Origin: an uncultured Nitrospiraceae bacterium
Lineage (GTDB): Bacteria; Nitrospirota; Thermodesulfovibrionia; Thermodesulfovibrionales; SM23-35
Direction of reading: 5' to 3'
Assembly: GCA_963727775.1 (NCBI GenBank)
Contig: CAVSHB010000002.1
Span: forward strand, 512,001 to 576,000
DNA length: 64,000 nt
Of the stretch, positions 50,367-61,722 are shown one piece after another (positions within the stretch are counted from its first letter, which is position 1; every line of letters starts with the position of its first letter). Made by a program: the position numbers and the translations under genes. The notes under the pieces were generated by a model. It was not told the DNA's origin, searched no databases, and saw nothing but the letters and a program-made list of their open reading frames with translations.

Positions 50367-52337
50367 TTATTGTTTTCCCTTCAGAATTTCATTTACAACA
50401 GAAGGGTCTGCGAGGGTTGAGGTATCTCCGAGATCCTCGGTATCGCCCCTCGCAATCTTTCTGAGAATTCGCCGCATGATCTTTCCGCTTCTGGTCTTGG
50501 GAAGGCCGGGAGCGAACTGGATTTTATCAGGGCTCGCTATCGGACCGATTACATGTCTGACGTGCCCTACAAGTATCTTTTTAAGTTCAGGTGTCGGATC
50601 GTAACCTTCTTTAAGGGTCACATACACATAGATGCCTTCACCTTTAATGTCATGGGGATACCCGACTGTTGCAGCCTCTGCAACTGCTTCATGGCTGACC
50701 AAGGCGGATTCGATCTCCGCGGTACCGATCCTGTGCCCGGAGACATTAATGACATCGTCGATCCTTCCCATGAGCCAGTAATCTCCGTCCTCGTCCAACC
50801 GTGCGCCGTCGCCGGTGAAGTATTTCCCGGGGAAGCGGGAGAAATACACTTCCTTGATTCTCTTGTTTTCCGGATCTCCGTAAGTTCCGCGCAATATTCC
50901 GGGCCACGGTCTGTCAATACAGAGGTAACCGCCTTCGTTGATTCCTGCCGGTGATCCATCCTCCTTTAAAATTATTGGGACAAGGCCAGGAAATGGTTTG
51001 CTTGCGGACCCCGGTTTTGTAGTCATCGCACCCGGCAAAGGTGTTATGAGTATTCCGCCTGTTTCAGTCTGCCACCAGGTGTCGACAATGGGCAGCTTGC
51101 CTTTCCCCACATTGTTGTGGTACCACATCCACGCTTCGGGATTTATCGGTTCTCCCACAGTACCGAGCAATCTTAATGAGGAGAGGTCGTGTTTTTGGAC
51201 CCAACTCTCACCTTCCCTCATGAGGGCCCTGATTGCAGTGGGAGCTGTATAAAAGATACTTATCTTATGCTTTTCAACGATCTTCCAGAACCTGCCGGGA
51301 TCAGGATAGGTTGGAATACCTTCAAACATGAAGCTGGTGGCTCCATTGCTTAGAGGTCCGTAAACGATATAACTGTGGCCTGTTACCCAGCCGATGTCGG
51401 CAGTGCAGAAATGGATATCTTCAGGGCGGTAATCAAAAATCCATTTGAAGGTGAGGTTTGTGAAGAGCATATAACCGCCTATCGTATGAAGGACTCCCTT
51501 TGGCTTTCCTGTAGAACCGGAAGTGTAGAGGATAAACAGCGGGTCTTCAGCGTCCATCTGTTCAGGTTCACAGTAGTCTTTAATCTCCGGGTCATTCATC
51601 TCATCGTGCCACCAGAAATCTCTCTCCGGCTCCATATCAACACTGCCGACCCTCTTGACCACGATCATTCTGTCTACTGTCGGGCATTCCTGGACTGCTT
51701 CATCGGCATTTGACTTAAGGGGAACATATCTGCTGCCCCTGACGCCTTTGTCCGCAGTAATCACGAGCTTTGACTTGCAGTCCTGAATCCTGTCCTTTAA
51801 GGCCTGTGCGCTGAAACCGCCGAAAACAATGCTGTGAATCGCGCCGATACGTGCGCAGGCAAGCATCGATATAACAAGTTCGGGTATCATCGGCAGATAG
51901 ATTGTTACCCTGTCACCTTTTGTGACGCCATACTTTTTAAGGACATTCGCAAATCTGTTTACTTCATAGAAAAGCTGCTGGTAGGTGTACGTTTTGTAGG
52001 TACCGTCGTCAGCTTCCCATATGATGGCTGCCTTGTTCCTTGTGGCAGTGTTCATAAACCTGTCCAGGCAGTTATAGGAAGCATTCAGTTTTCCTCCAAC
52101 AAACCATTTGATATACGGTTTATTAAAATCCCAATCAGATACCTTGTCCCATTTCTTATACCAGATCAGTTGTGTTTCTGCCATTTCCGCCCAAAAACCC
52201 TCAGGGTCTTCGACTGATCTTCTATAAAGCTTTTCGTAAGCTTCTATGTTTTTGATATGAGCTTTTTCGCTGAATTCTTTTGACGGCGGGAATGTCCTTT
52301 TTTCCGTCGACAATACATCAATACTTTCTTTCGACAT
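50367..52337 (-). CDS. acs: Acetyl-CoA synthetase (AMP-forming)
   Basis: [31 protein letters not shown] with the acetylatable Lys. Confidence 0.97.
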   Translation of the reverse strand: MSKESIDVLSTEKRTFPPSKEFSEKAHIKNIEAYEKLYRRSVEDPEGFWAEMAETQLIWYKKWDKVSDWDFNKPYIKWFVGGKLNASYNCLDRFMNTATRNKAAIIWEADDGTYKTYTYQQLFYEVNRFANVLKKYGVTKGDRVTIYLPMIPELVISMLACARIGAIHSIVFGGFSAQALKDRIQDCKSKLVITADKGVRGSRYVPLKSNADEAVQECPTVDRMIVVKRVGSVDMEPERDFWWHDEMNDPEIKDYCEPEQMDAEDPLFILYTSGSTGKPKGVLHTIGGYMLFTNLTFKWIFDYRPEDIHFCTADIGWVTGHSYIVYGPLSNGATSFMFEGIPTYPDPGRFWKIVEKHKISIFYTAPTAIRALMREGESWVQKHDLSSLRLLGTVGEPINPEAWMWYHNNVGKGKLPIVDTWWQTETGGILITPLPGAMTTKPGSASKPFPGLVPIILKEDGSPAGINEGGYLCIDRPWPGILRGTYGDPENKRIKEVYFSRFPGKYFTGDGARLDEDGDYWLMGRIDDVINVSGHRIGTAEIESALVSHEAVAEAATVGYPHDIKGEGIYVYVTLKEGYDPTPELKKILVGHVRHVIGPIASPDKIQFAPGLPKTRSGKIMRRILRKIARGDTEDLGDTSTLADPSVVNEILKGKQ

Positions 52338-52387
52338 CCTTTATACTCCCTCCTTTACGAAATTGGAATATTGAGTTTTATTATGTT

Positions 52388-54271
52388 CTATTCTGCTCCG
52401 ATTCCTACATAACTCCTGACCTTCTCATCTTCGAATTTTATATCAGCCCCTTTCTCGGGCGCCAGAAGCGACACAAGAATGCCGATCAGGAAAGCGAGCC
52501 CCATGGATATGACTGCAGGGTTCTTCATCGGGAATATGGCCTTTGGTTTCGGTGATACCAGGGTAACAGCTTCGATTTTGTCTTTGTATACACTCGGGGC
52601 CACGGTCGTGAGGATTTGGTCTATCTGACCATTAATCTGTTTGTTGCTGTCTACGTCAGCAGATGAGAGGACAGTGCCTTCGGCTGCAGTCTTGATGCCC
52701 TTTTGGAGTGTGCCGATTTTGCTCTTTGCATCTTTGTCCGCTGCTATTATCTCAAGTGCAGCGGCTTTCTCGATTTTCTTGTTTGCAGCCTCATCTTCAG
52801 AACTCAATGTCTGTCCGGGCGCAGCTATTTTAATATCCTTCTTGATCTTGTCGACTTTTTCCTTTATATCCCAGGCTGTCTTCTCCTTCAGGTGAACAAT
52901 ATCAACCCAGACCGTAGGGCTCAAAATAATAAGCCCGGCAGCGAGGATGAGGCCAGTATAGATGCTCGCTACAGCGCCTTTTGTCGTGAATTTCTTCCAT
53001 GTGATCGATAAGAGAAGGGCTGGGAAATTGGCGCTGCACGCGACAGCAAAAGCCAGTCCGACCATGAAAGCGACATTCTGCCCTTTAAACAGGATGCCGA
53101 GCAGGATAGCCGAGACCCCGAGAATGATCGTAGCAATTTTTGCGACTTTGACCTCTTCTTTTTCTGCAGCCTGCCCGCGTCTTATAACACCGACATAAAG
53201 GTCATGTGAAAGGGCCGATGCCCCGGCAAGAGTCAGACCGGAAACAACCGCGAGGATTGTTGCGAAGGCTACAGCAGCGAGAAATCCAAGAAAGAAAGTC
53301 CCACCCAATGCTTCTGCGAGCAGCGGAGCAGCCATGTTGCCGCCTGCATCGATACCGGTAATAATCTTCTTCCCGACGAGGATAGCGGCGCCAAATCCTA
53401 TCGTAACGGTAAGTATATAAAAATAACCGATAAAACCTGTTGCATAAAATACCGACTTTCTGGCTGTTTTTGCATCAGGCACCGTATAGAACCTCATCAA
53501 TATGTGAGGGAGTCCAGCAGTTCCGAACATAAGAGCAAGTCCGAGAGAGAATGCCTCGAGAGGGCTGGTGATGAGGCCGCCGGGCTGGAGGAACGTGTCG
53601 CCATATTTAGTTGCCGCCTGGTGAAAAAGGTCTCCATAACTGAAGCCGAACGTCAAGAGCGTAAGAAAAACGAGAACCGTAGCGCCGCCGAGGAGGAGCG
53701 CCGCTTTGATGATCTGAACCCATGTGGTTGCGATCATCCCGCCGAAAAGCACGTAGGATATCATAAGGGCTCCCACCGCTATGACCGCGACCTCAAACGG
53801 CAACCCGAACATCAGTTTCACCAATGTCCCTGCGCCGACCATCTGTGCTATCAGATAAAATAGGACCGTAACGAGAGAGCCTGCTGCTGCCGCTCCTCTT
53901 ATCGGCCTCTGATTTAACCTGTATGCTACGACATCGGCAAACGTATATTTGCCGAGATTCCTCAGGGGTTCCGCGATGAGGAACATGATAATAGGCCATC
54001 CCACAAGCCAGCCGACGGAATAGATAAGCCCGTCATAGCCCTTTGTCGAGACCAGCCCGGCTATTCCCAGAAAGGAAGCCGCACTCATATAGTCACCTGC
54101 GAGCGCGAGGCCGTTCTGCAGTCCCGTTACGCTCCTGCCTGCCGCATAAAAATCTTTTGTCGTCCTTGTCCTCTTTGCCGCCCAGTACGTTATTGCGAGT
54201 GTGGTCATAACAAATACAAAAAAGAAAATAATCGATGTAATATGCACCTGTCCTATAGTAGTCTGTTGCAT
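52388..54271 (-). CDS. actP: Cation/acetate symporter ActP with a hydrophilic insertion
   Basis: [38 protein letters not shown]. Confidence 0.92.
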   Translation of the reverse strand: MQQTTIGQVHITSIIFFFVFVMTTLAITYWAAKRTRTTKDFYAAGRSVTGLQNGLALAGDYMSAASFLGIAGLVSTKGYDGLIYSVGWLVGWPIIMFLIAEPLRNLGKYTFADVVAYRLNQRPIRGAAAAGSLVTVLFYLIAQMVGAGTLVKLMFGLPFEVAVIAVGALMISYVLFGGMIATTWVQIIKAALLLGGATVLVFLTLLTFGFSYGDLFHQAATKYGDTFLQPGGLITSPLEAFSLGLALMFGTAGLPHILMRFYTVPDAKTARKSVFYATGFIGYFYILTVTIGFGAAILVGKKIITGIDAGGNMAAPLLAEALGGTFFLGFLAAVAFATILAVVSGLTLAGASALSHDLYVGVIRRGQAAEKEEVKVAKIATIILGVSAILLGILFKGQNVAFMVGLAFAVACSANFPALLLSITWKKFTTKGAVASIYTGLILAAGLIILSPTVWVDIVHLKEKTAWDIKEKVDKIKKDIKIAAPGQTLSSEDEAANKKIEKAAALEIIAADKDAKSKIGTLQKGIKTAAEGTVLSSADVDSNKQINGQIDQILTTVAPSVYKDKIEAVTLVSPKPKAIFPMKNPAVISMGLAFLIGILVSLLAPEKGADIKFEDEKVRSYVGIGAE

Positions 54272-54273
54272 TT

Positions 54274-54591
54274 CTACCCTCCTATCTTGTCTCTCAGGTT
54301 TTTAACCATGCCGTCATATTTAGTATTGGCCCATCGGATATAGATTCCGGTAAATATCCATGAAAGCACAATAGTGCCGACTGCTATAGGAATCCCGACC
54401 GTGATTGCCCCGTAAATTTTCTGGGAAAGGAAGTCCTTGTTAAAGGCGATAAGGGCTATAAACCCGAAATAGAGAACCAGTTCCAGCACGGTGAGGATTA
54501 TTGATATGGAATTCTTCTGACTGCGCAATGCTTTGAAATCATCGTCGTTGAGGATATCTTCAGTGGTTATTTTGCCGCTTTTAGTGCTCAT
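54274..54591 (-). CDS. DUF485 membrane protein (YjcH-like)
   Basis: Two TMs, [13 protein letters not shown], directly upstream of actP. Confidence 0.88.
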   Translation of the reverse strand: MSTKSGKITTEDILNDDDFKALRSQKNSISIILTVLELVLYFGFIALIAFNKDFLSQKIYGAITVGIPIAVGTIVLSWIFTGIYIRWANTKYDGMVKNLRDKIGG

Positions 54592-54627
54592 TCTTAACCC
54601 CCCTCATTTGCTTAAATTTTTTTAAGA

Positions 54628-55332
54628 CTAAAAATTGCTTATTTCACTTGATCCCTTGTGTTTATCACCTCCTTCGAAAGGATGCCCTATTTCCAATAGG
54701 TCTCCTATATGATTTACTCCGATATCAATGAGAACCTGCATAAAACGTTGTAAGAGTTGCGCTGTGATGAATGCATCAACAAGCGCATTGTGCGCACCGC
54801 GAACGGCGATGCTGAAACATTGCGCAATTTCGTAAAGTGATGAATCTTTTGGTGATGACGAGAAACAGGTTCGGGTCGGAACTTTATTCCTCAACCAGTC
54901 ATAGACGTTATAGGTATCTATTACGGGATTTTGCACCGTATTTCCCGAAATCCGCTTCGTCTCCCGGTTAATAAAACTCAGGTCTATCGAAACGCAGTGC
55001 CCTACAATGACATCATCATCACAGAAGCGGAGAAACTCTGAGAGAACTGCATCGATATTCGGCTTTTCTAAAACATCCGATGGTGTGATTTCGTGCACTA
55101 CTACACTTTTAGGCTGAAATTTACTCTCCGGTCTTACCAGTTGATGGAAGCTGTCGGCAAGTTCAATCCTTGTCCCGTTCATACGAACAGCCCCCATGGA
55201 GATTATGGAATCTTTTTTCTCATTCAGCCCCGTAAGCTCTGTATCTATGACCGTGTATTGGACATCCATAATGGATTTGTTTTTGTCGATATTAAGCGGA
55301 GCCTGTTTCCTGAGTTTAAAAAAATCAATCAT
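54628..55332 (-). CDS. DEDDh 3'-5' exonuclease (DnaQ-like)
   Basis: VIDTELTG, GH-x-x-x-ID, HNALVDA. Confidence 0.88.
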   Translation of the reverse strand: MIDFFKLRKQAPLNIDKNKSIMDVQYTVIDTELTGLNEKKDSIISMGAVRMNGTRIELADSFHQLVRPESKFQPKSVVVHEITPSDVLEKPNIDAVLSEFLRFCDDDVIVGHCVSIDLSFINRETKRISGNTVQNPVIDTYNVYDWLRNKVPTRTCFSSSPKDSSLYEIAQCFSIAVRGAHNALVDAFITAQLLQRFMQVLIDIGVNHIGDLLEIGHPFEGGDKHKGSSEISNF

Positions 55333-55337
55333 TTCCT

Positions 55338-57236
55338 TTACCAGATCATCGCTTTATAGCGTTCAATAATCAGGTCCTGAATCTTCGATACGAGCTGAAA
55401 CGTCTCCTTCGCGATACGCTTCTCGAGGTTGCTCAGGTTATTGGGATTAATGAAATTATCAATATCTTTTCCGTCTTTCAACTGCTCCAACTGGTGTTGA
55501 ATTCTGAGGAGCATAATAAATTCAAAGGCGTGAATAAGCTCGTCCGCGTATTCTTTTACAATCGTGTGTTTGTCTCTCAGGATATTGATCCTTTCGATAG
55601 TGGAGGTTTCTCTAAGGCCTTTTTCCAGGGCAAAAAGTCTTACTATGTCCACCAGTGGAGCAAGACCCTTAATCTTCATATTCAATTTGTCTTTGTGTTC
55701 TCCGCTCTTTTCGACCACAAAGGTCTTCAGGAAACCTATGGGCGGCATGTTCTTTATCGCCAGGTTTGCTATATAACCGAGGAAAATTTTTGAGTCTTTT
55801 GCCATCGACAGTGTGAAATCCTTCAGCCAATCCAGGAGCCTTGTCTCACCATAAACGGCCCTGACGTCGAAAAATGTGACGGAATTTAATACTGCATCCG
55901 AGGTCGGCGTGGATATCCAGTTTGTAAAATATTTTCTCCAGACATGCAGAGGCTGCCGCCACATCGGGTTTGTGGCCATAAAATCGGCGGGGCATAACGG
56001 GAACCCGCACTTGAGCAAGCCATCCCGGACAAATGACGTGAAAATCCTGAAATATTCCTGTGCGGCCGCTTCCATTTCAGCGTCAGCCGGATCATGATAG
56101 ATGAGCGCGTTGTCCTGGTCGGTTTTAAAGGTCTGCTCCTTCCGTCCCTCGCTCCCGAATGAGACCCAGCAGTAAGGGACAGGAGGTTCACCAAAACGCT
56201 CTTCGGCGATCTCGAGTATTTTCTTTACCAGCCTATCGTTGATCTCGGTAATGATCCTCGTAATGCTGCTTGCCTTCGCACCCTCATTCAGCAATAAGCC
56301 AACGATATTGTTAATTTTTTTTGAGACAGGGATGAGGGCATCGACGGTACTCTGGCTTTCGATATCTTTAACGACCGAAAGCGGAGAGGTCCCCTGTATA
56401 AGCATAAGGTCGTGGTTGGTCAAAATTCCCGTGAGTTTATTGTCTTTCATAACCAGCAGATGGTGGACATTATGTTTAACCATTTTCAGGATTGCTTCAA
56501 AACAATATTCCTTCACATCGGCCTGCACGTGGGGAACGCTCATGATATCCGTGACAGGGTCCCGGCAGTCCTTTCCTTTCGAGACCACCTTGTCTCTGAG
56601 GTCCCTGTCGGTGATTATCCCCGTCGCAAGTCCTTTTGCATCGATCAGGATCAATGAACTGATCCTGTAATTAGACATTATCTCTGCCGCCTCTTGAATG
56701 GACAGGTTCTCGGAAGCCTTTATGATGTTCCTGGACGCAAGCTCCCCTACGGGCATGGTGAAAAGGATCTTGTCCCCTCCCGCATAAACCAAATTTTTGT
56801 TCTGAATCTCCTTAAACGTCTTGTCCAGATATTTGCTCAGGAAGGATTTATTGAAGAATTCTCTGATGACGGGATTTGAATACATAAGATTCTGTATCGT
56901 TTCCCGGTTTATCAGGTAACAGATCGTATCATCGAGCGCAACAACATTTGCCCTTGCTTCGGCGCCGCCGAAAATAAGGAGATAGCCTATTAAATCACCT
57001 TCGCCCCTGTAATCAACGAATACCTCTTCATTCTCGTTCGTGATAAAGACTTTTACTTCGCCCTTTTTGATGACGTAAAGATATCCGGGCGCAGGACCCC
57101 CCTGAGATTGAATTAACGTCCCTTTCGGGTAAAATTCCATCGAGACGCCGCCGGTTATATTTTTTAAAGTAGTATCATCAAGAAACTGGAAAGGAGGTAT
57201 TTTTTTGAGGAATTCTATGACATCTTCGATAAGCAT
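55338..57236 (-). CDS. cNMP-binding / CBS / DUF294 nucleotidyltransferase protein
   Basis: N-terminal cNMP-binding domain, two CBS (GIITDRDLR), GSEGRKEQ-x-x-x-TDQDNAL. Confidence 0.92.
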   Translation of the reverse strand: MLIEDVIEFLKKIPPFQFLDDTTLKNITGGVSMEFYPKGTLIQSQGGPAPGYLYVIKKGEVKVFITNENEEVFVDYRGEGDLIGYLLIFGGAEARANVVALDDTICYLINRETIQNLMYSNPVIREFFNKSFLSKYLDKTFKEIQNKNLVYAGGDKILFTMPVGELASRNIIKASENLSIQEAAEIMSNYRISSLILIDAKGLATGIITDRDLRDKVVSKGKDCRDPVTDIMSVPHVQADVKEYCFEAILKMVKHNVHHLLVMKDNKLTGILTNHDLMLIQGTSPLSVVKDIESQSTVDALIPVSKKINNIVGLLLNEGAKASSITRIITEINDRLVKKILEIAEERFGEPPVPYCWVSFGSEGRKEQTFKTDQDNALIYHDPADAEMEAAAQEYFRIFTSFVRDGLLKCGFPLCPADFMATNPMWRQPLHVWRKYFTNWISTPTSDAVLNSVTFFDVRAVYGETRLLDWLKDFTLSMAKDSKIFLGYIANLAIKNMPPIGFLKTFVVEKSGEHKDKLNMKIKGLAPLVDIVRLFALEKGLRETSTIERINILRDKHTIVKEYADELIHAFEFIMLLRIQHQLEQLKDGKDIDNFINPNNLSNLEKRIAKETFQLVSKIQDLIIERYKAMIW

Positions 57237-57616
57237 CTTACATCACATTCTTCGTGCACTGTTCAGGGTTAATTTGCAAAAAGAAGCGCCACAATTTATG
57301 TCGTAAGCTTAGCAATCGCATACAGTATGGTAAATCAATATAAAATAGCCTCTGTATTGGAATGCAGCGTGACGTGATCGGGTGGTATACGCCCAATACA
57401 TGAGGCCAATGGAAGTAAGTATAACAAAAAAAAAAATATTTTTGTCAACTATTGATGCAATTGCTAAGATTGCCGGATTTTTTGTCTGTACGTATGAAAA
57501 TACTTGAATATCAAACGGTTATAGTTTCAGGGAGAAATCCCCTATTGTAATCGTGGGAAATATCATTATAATTATTACAAGCTGGAAATTTTTATACACT
57601 TAATGGAGGTATTCTT

Positions 57617-58831
57617 ATGCCCGTCATTAAAAGAATCGGCGTCATAACAAGCGGCGGAGATTGCGGCGGCCTGAATGCGGTGATCAAAGGGATTGCGCGG
57701 GAGGCCTACGACCTGGGGATCGAATCAGTCGTTATTCCTCACGGATATGCAGGTCTCTATAATCTGGTCAAGATGGATAAGGTGGTTTCATTAAACGCCG
57801 AGCGGGTAAGTAAAATAGAAGCGTCCCTCGCGGGCTCGGAGGCGGGCCACTCGCGGGTCAAGATCAGCAAGATAGCGGACCCTAACAAATATGAGCGGAT
57901 TAAGGAAGGACTGAAAAAATTTGCGATCGATGCGCTGATTATAAGCGGAGGGGATGATACGGGAAGCGTGGTCGTAGACCTTACTTCCAAGGGCATCCCG
58001 TGTATTCATGTCCCTAAAACTATGGACCTTGATCTCCAGTCTTACAGCGTCGGAGGTGATTCGGCGATTAACAGGATAGCGGTTTTTACAAGAGACCTCA
58101 AGACCACAGGCTTGAGTCATAACCGCATCCTTGCGATAGAGGTGTTCGGAAGGTATGTGGGACACACCGCCCTTCGCGGGGGTATAGGCGCTGAGGCCGA
58201 CTGTATATTGATACCGGAAATACCCGTTGATTTCGATGAGGTATATGAGCATATGAAGACCACATACTTTGCCAGGATCGAGAGAAGCGATGTGAAATCA
58301 GGCACCTACATTATTGTTGTTGCCGAAGGTATTAAAATTGCGGGCGGAGAAATGCTCTACGACGAATCCATCCCGCCCGATGCCTTCGGACACAGGAAGC
58401 TCGCGGGCGCCGGGAGATACGTGCGGCAGCAACTGGAAAAGAGACTGAAGGGCGACCCGGAGGTGTCGGATTTTATGCAGAGGACAGGCATGTTTGCGCC
58501 CGGGGTTTATGAGATACCGGAGGTGAGGGAGGTGGTCCCGGGACACCTCGTGCGCTCAGGCCAGTCATCAGCTTTTGATGTGAACTTCGGCTATAAGGCT
58601 GGAGCGGCAGCAGTTTTTCTTTTGAAAGAAGCCAAATTCGGGAATACTGTCGTGAGCGTTGAAGGGAACCATATCCTCTACCAGCCGACAGCGGAAGTGA
58701 TAAAGAGAAGAGAGGTAGACCTCAAGGAAATCGCCATTTTCGAGAGCCTCGGTACCTGTTTCGGAAGGAAACCGCAGAAGTTTGATTATGAACTCCTTGA
58801 GGTCAAGGGCACCATAGACAGGCATTTGTAA
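57617..58831 (+). CDS. 6-phosphofructokinase, probably PPi-dependent
   Basis: TSGGDCGGLNA, GGDD (not GGDG), PKTMD, EVFGR, D-x-FGH. Confidence 0.85.
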   Translation: MPVIKRIGVITSGGDCGGLNAVIKGIAREAYDLGIESVVIPHGYAGLYNLVKMDKVVSLNAERVSKIEASLAGSEAGHSRVKISKIADPNKYERIKEGLKKFAIDALIISGGDDTGSVVVDLTSKGIPCIHVPKTMDLDLQSYSVGGDSAINRIAVFTRDLKTTGLSHNRILAIEVFGRYVGHTALRGGIGAEADCILIPEIPVDFDEVYEHMKTTYFARIERSDVKSGTYIIVVAEGIKIAGGEMLYDESIPPDAFGHRKLAGAGRYVRQQLEKRLKGDPEVSDFMQRTGMFAPGVYEIPEVREVVPGHLVRSGQSSAFDVNFGYKAGAAAVFLLKEAKFGNTVVSVEGNHILYQPTAEVIKRREVDLKEIAIFESLGTCFGRKPQKFDYELLEVKGTIDRHL

Positions 58832-58940
58832 GAGTCAAATTCTCTTGTGTAGCGCCAATACTTTCAGAAAACCGAAACTCCGGCAATAGTACACTCGGAA
58901 TAAAACTCCATCGAAAAAACATGAGGGCGAGAAGTACAGC

Positions 58941-59319
58941 CATTATGTTGAGTTCCCCGTTATGTGGAGTAAACGTTGCAACCATATGAATCACAACAGT
59001 TCTCGCTCAATCTACTTCACATAATGAGGGATCTTCCATTGCCTCAAGTTCAATGGAACTGGTATTTTTGGCAGAGCACCGATGAATCCCTTGAAGAATC
59101 AGAGACCCCGTGTGAAGCAAGGATTGATAAACCTTTTTGCAATTCCATCCCTTATGCTTTTGATACGAATACCTTTGCTATCTACTCCCTAATTTAGGTA
59201 TTTCAATAAGGAATGCATCTAGGGCCGCCTCATTATTATGTGCAGTAAATTTGTTTAGAATACTTATGCAGTAAGGATTTGGAGCGACTACTTCACATAA
59301 CGGGGAACTCCACATAATG
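58941..59319. mobile_element. Miniature gene-less element with RIT-like tyrosine-recombinase ends
   Basis: 31-bp inverted repeats 58941-58971 / 59289-59319 (29/31), each with two TTATGT-x-x-AGT sites, plus inner inverted sites at 59013 and 59236, each 41 bp from its outer repeat. Confidence 0.7.
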
Positions 59320-59623
59320 AATAGTGTTTTATCCGTAGTGCCGAAAGGCATTGCGGATAAAACAAATTGAGCTGAGCCGCCCGGGGGAGTGTGAACAAAG
59401 AGTATGGGGATTGTAAAGGATGAGAATTATTCTATGAAGCAGTATTTGGTGGCTATAAGGAATATTTTCGCTGAGGTTCTCGAACTTATTGACTGGATAT
59501 CAGCTTTGAAGCCACCGGAAATAGAGACTGTTTGCTGACAAGCAGGCTGAGGAAACAGAACTTTCCGTTGACTTGTTGCAAAGCCTTTTCGGTTCTTCTG
59601 TTTCCGAAAGACAATATCCATGA

Positions 59624-60853
59624 TCATGACGAGTCCTTGTGCCCGCTATGGGAATAACTATATGCCCTTCTTGAAGGATATGGCATTTCCATCACGGTGA
59701 TCATGGTGCCTTCCCTGCAGCAGGGGCATCTGGTAATATCTATGCCTGTAAGCTCGATCATCAGTTCAGTTGCGGTCTTCTTTTCTCGCTCGGGATGTTC
59801 AGTGTTGTCGTCCATAAGTTCTCTGCAGAGCTGTATAGTTTCTTTCTTTTGCTTGTTGGCCAGGAAACCGAAATGCCGTATCTTCATGAAACCAGGAGGA
59901 AGCACGTGAAGAAGAAACCGTCTGATGAATTCTCCTGAATCCACCGTCGTCAATTTAAGGGTATTGTTATCTTTTCTGTCTCTGTAGGTAAAGGTGACCA
60001 TACCGTTCTGAACATCCACTATGCGGTTATTCGATATGGCCACCCTGTGTGTATATCTGCCAATATACTCGAGAACCTGTTGAGGCCCTGCAAAGGGCTT
60101 TTTGGAAAATACCACCCAGTTCTTTGCCCCGAGGTCTTTTATCAACCCCGAAAATCCATCAGGAGTTGCATACTTTGCAATGGTTCCGGGGAAATCCAGT
60201 TCACCCTTTGCATGAGCCTTCTGCAGGTGTTCAATGAACTTTCCCCTGAATACCATAGAGAGAGCCTCTACATTGAAGAGATAGTTCTCTGCCGAGGAGA
60301 TCCACCTTGTTTTGTCTGGGGACACAGCGCCTCCTGCTATTACACAATGCAGGTGAATATGGTCCAGAAGTCTCTGGTCCCATGTGTGCAGTATGGCTGT
60401 AAAGCCAAGCGTGCCACCAAGATTATTGATGCCGAATTGAAGAAGGGTTTCGGAGACTGCCTTGAACAGGATAGAGAAGATCGCTTTCCTGTTACTGAGG
60501 GCAATAGGATTCAATTCATGTGGCAGGGTAAAGACATTGTGGAAGTACGGCACCGGCAGAAGCTCAGCCTTGCGGTCTTCAAGCCATCTTGCTTTTGTCA
60601 GACACTGACACTTTGGGCAATGACGGTTGCGGCAGGAGTTGTATGCGTGTTGCTCGAATCCGCATTTGTTGCACTTCTCCACATGACCACCGAGATATGA
60701 GGTCCGGCATACGGCAATTGCCCGCATAACTTTACGCTGAGCATAAGGCACTGAGTTCTCACGCCTATAGACCTTTCCGAATTCCCGGAAGATATCGGCC
60801 ACTTCCCACTTCTTTACTACCTCCGACGGCAGGGCTTCCGTGGACGACGACAT
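59624..60853 (-). CDS. IS91-family (HUH/Y2) transposase with zinc-binding domain
   Basis: CRT-x-x-LGG...C-x-x-C...NSCRNRHCPKC, HIHLH (HUH), YIGRY (Y2), RHFGFLAN. Confidence 0.93.
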   Translation of the reverse strand: MSSSTEALPSEVVKKWEVADIFREFGKVYRRENSVPYAQRKVMRAIAVCRTSYLGGHVEKCNKCGFEQHAYNSCRNRHCPKCQCLTKARWLEDRKAELLPVPYFHNVFTLPHELNPIALSNRKAIFSILFKAVSETLLQFGINNLGGTLGFTAILHTWDQRLLDHIHLHCVIAGGAVSPDKTRWISSAENYLFNVEALSMVFRGKFIEHLQKAHAKGELDFPGTIAKYATPDGFSGLIKDLGAKNWVVFSKKPFAGPQQVLEYIGRYTHRVAISNNRIVDVQNGMVTFTYRDRKDNNTLKLTTVDSGEFIRRFLLHVLPPGFMKIRHFGFLANKQKKETIQLCRELMDDNTEHPEREKKTATELMIELTGIDITRCPCCREGTMITVMEMPYPSRRAYSYSHSGHKDSS

Positions 60854-60858
60854 CGAGA

Positions 60859-61722
60859 TTACACTTCAATCGACCTCTTATCGCCGGGTATCTCTATAAG
60901 GTCCAGCGGGCTCTTTGTGGCGGCCAGCTTCTTGCTGGTTATCCGCATATAGCGCGTCGTAGTCGTTATTGAGGAATGACCCATCAACAACTGGATGGTC
61001 CTCAAGTCCACTCCTGCTTCAAGAAGATGCGATGCAAAGCAATGGCGCAGGCTATGAATACAACCTCCCTTAGTTATGCCTGCCCTCTCTTTTGCACTGT
61101 AGTATATCCTCTCTGGCGTAGCTCTGTTCATCGGCCTATCAGAGAATGCTCCGGGGAAAAGCCAGAAACGTGGCTTGTACTTTCTCCAGTAAATTCGCAG
61201 TTCCGCCAATAAACGGGTTGACAGAATCGTATAGCGGTCTTTGTTTCCCTTGCCCTGACATACCCTGATCATCATTCTGCCGCTGTCTATGTCTTTAATC
61301 TTCAGATTTACTACTTCACTTACGCGCAGCCCGGCTGCGTATGTGGTCATCAATATCGTCCTGTGTTTAAGGTTTTGAGTGCATTGGAACAGTCTTGTAA
61401 GCTCCTCGACACTCAGAACCTCGGGAAGCTTTGTCTGCGGTTTCATAGGCGGGATCCCCAGATGCATCGAGTCCATCCCCAGCGTTTGCGTGTAGAAAAA
61501 CCTTAGCCCCGATACGACGACATTGCAGCTGCCCCATGAGAGTTTACGTCCCTCCATGAGATACAGAAGATATGCCTGTATCTTCTCCTTGTCAAGCAGG
61601 TCTGGTGACTGCTTATAGTACTTGGCCAGGCCTGCTACAGCCGACACGTACCCTTCCTGCGTACTCGGTGCAAACCTCCTTAGTTTCATTTCGTTGAGCA
61701 TCTTTTGACGTAGCGGTTTCAT
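60859..61722 (-). CDS. Tyrosine recombinase with N-terminal SAM-like domain
   Basis: GLRVSE, GKGNKDR, HSLRH, LMGH, TTRY catalytic set; GGAGG RBS. Confidence 0.93.
   Translation of the reverse strand: MKPLRQKMLNEMKLRRFAPSTQEGYVSAVAGLAKYYKQSPDLLDKEKIQAYLLYLMEGRKLSWGSCNVVVSGLRFFYTQTLGMDSMHLGIPPMKPQTKLPEVLSVEELTRLFQCTQNLKHRTILMTTYAAGLRVSEVVNLKIKDIDSGRMMIRVCQGKGNKDRYTILSTRLLAELRIYWRKYKPRFWLFPGAFSDRPMNRATPERIYYSAKERAGITKGGCIHSLRHCFASHLLEAGVDLRTIQLLMGHSSITTTTRYMRITSKKLAATKSPLDLIEIPGDKRSIEV

Noticed and set aside
57275..57291. Sigma-54-like motif TGGCGC...TTGCA upstream of the DUF294 gene
   Set aside because: GG-to-GC spacing is 11 nt; sigma-54 promoters need 10
58803..59627. Short ORFs around the miniature element (58803-58994, 58976-59197, 59427-59627)
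   Set aside because: No recombinase or other motifs; they cross element boundaries
60859..61722. Tyrosine recombinase as an integron integrase serving the attC at 33987
   Set aside because: It lacks the IntI-specific insertion after the GKG-x-KDR region and is coupled to an IS91-like transposase
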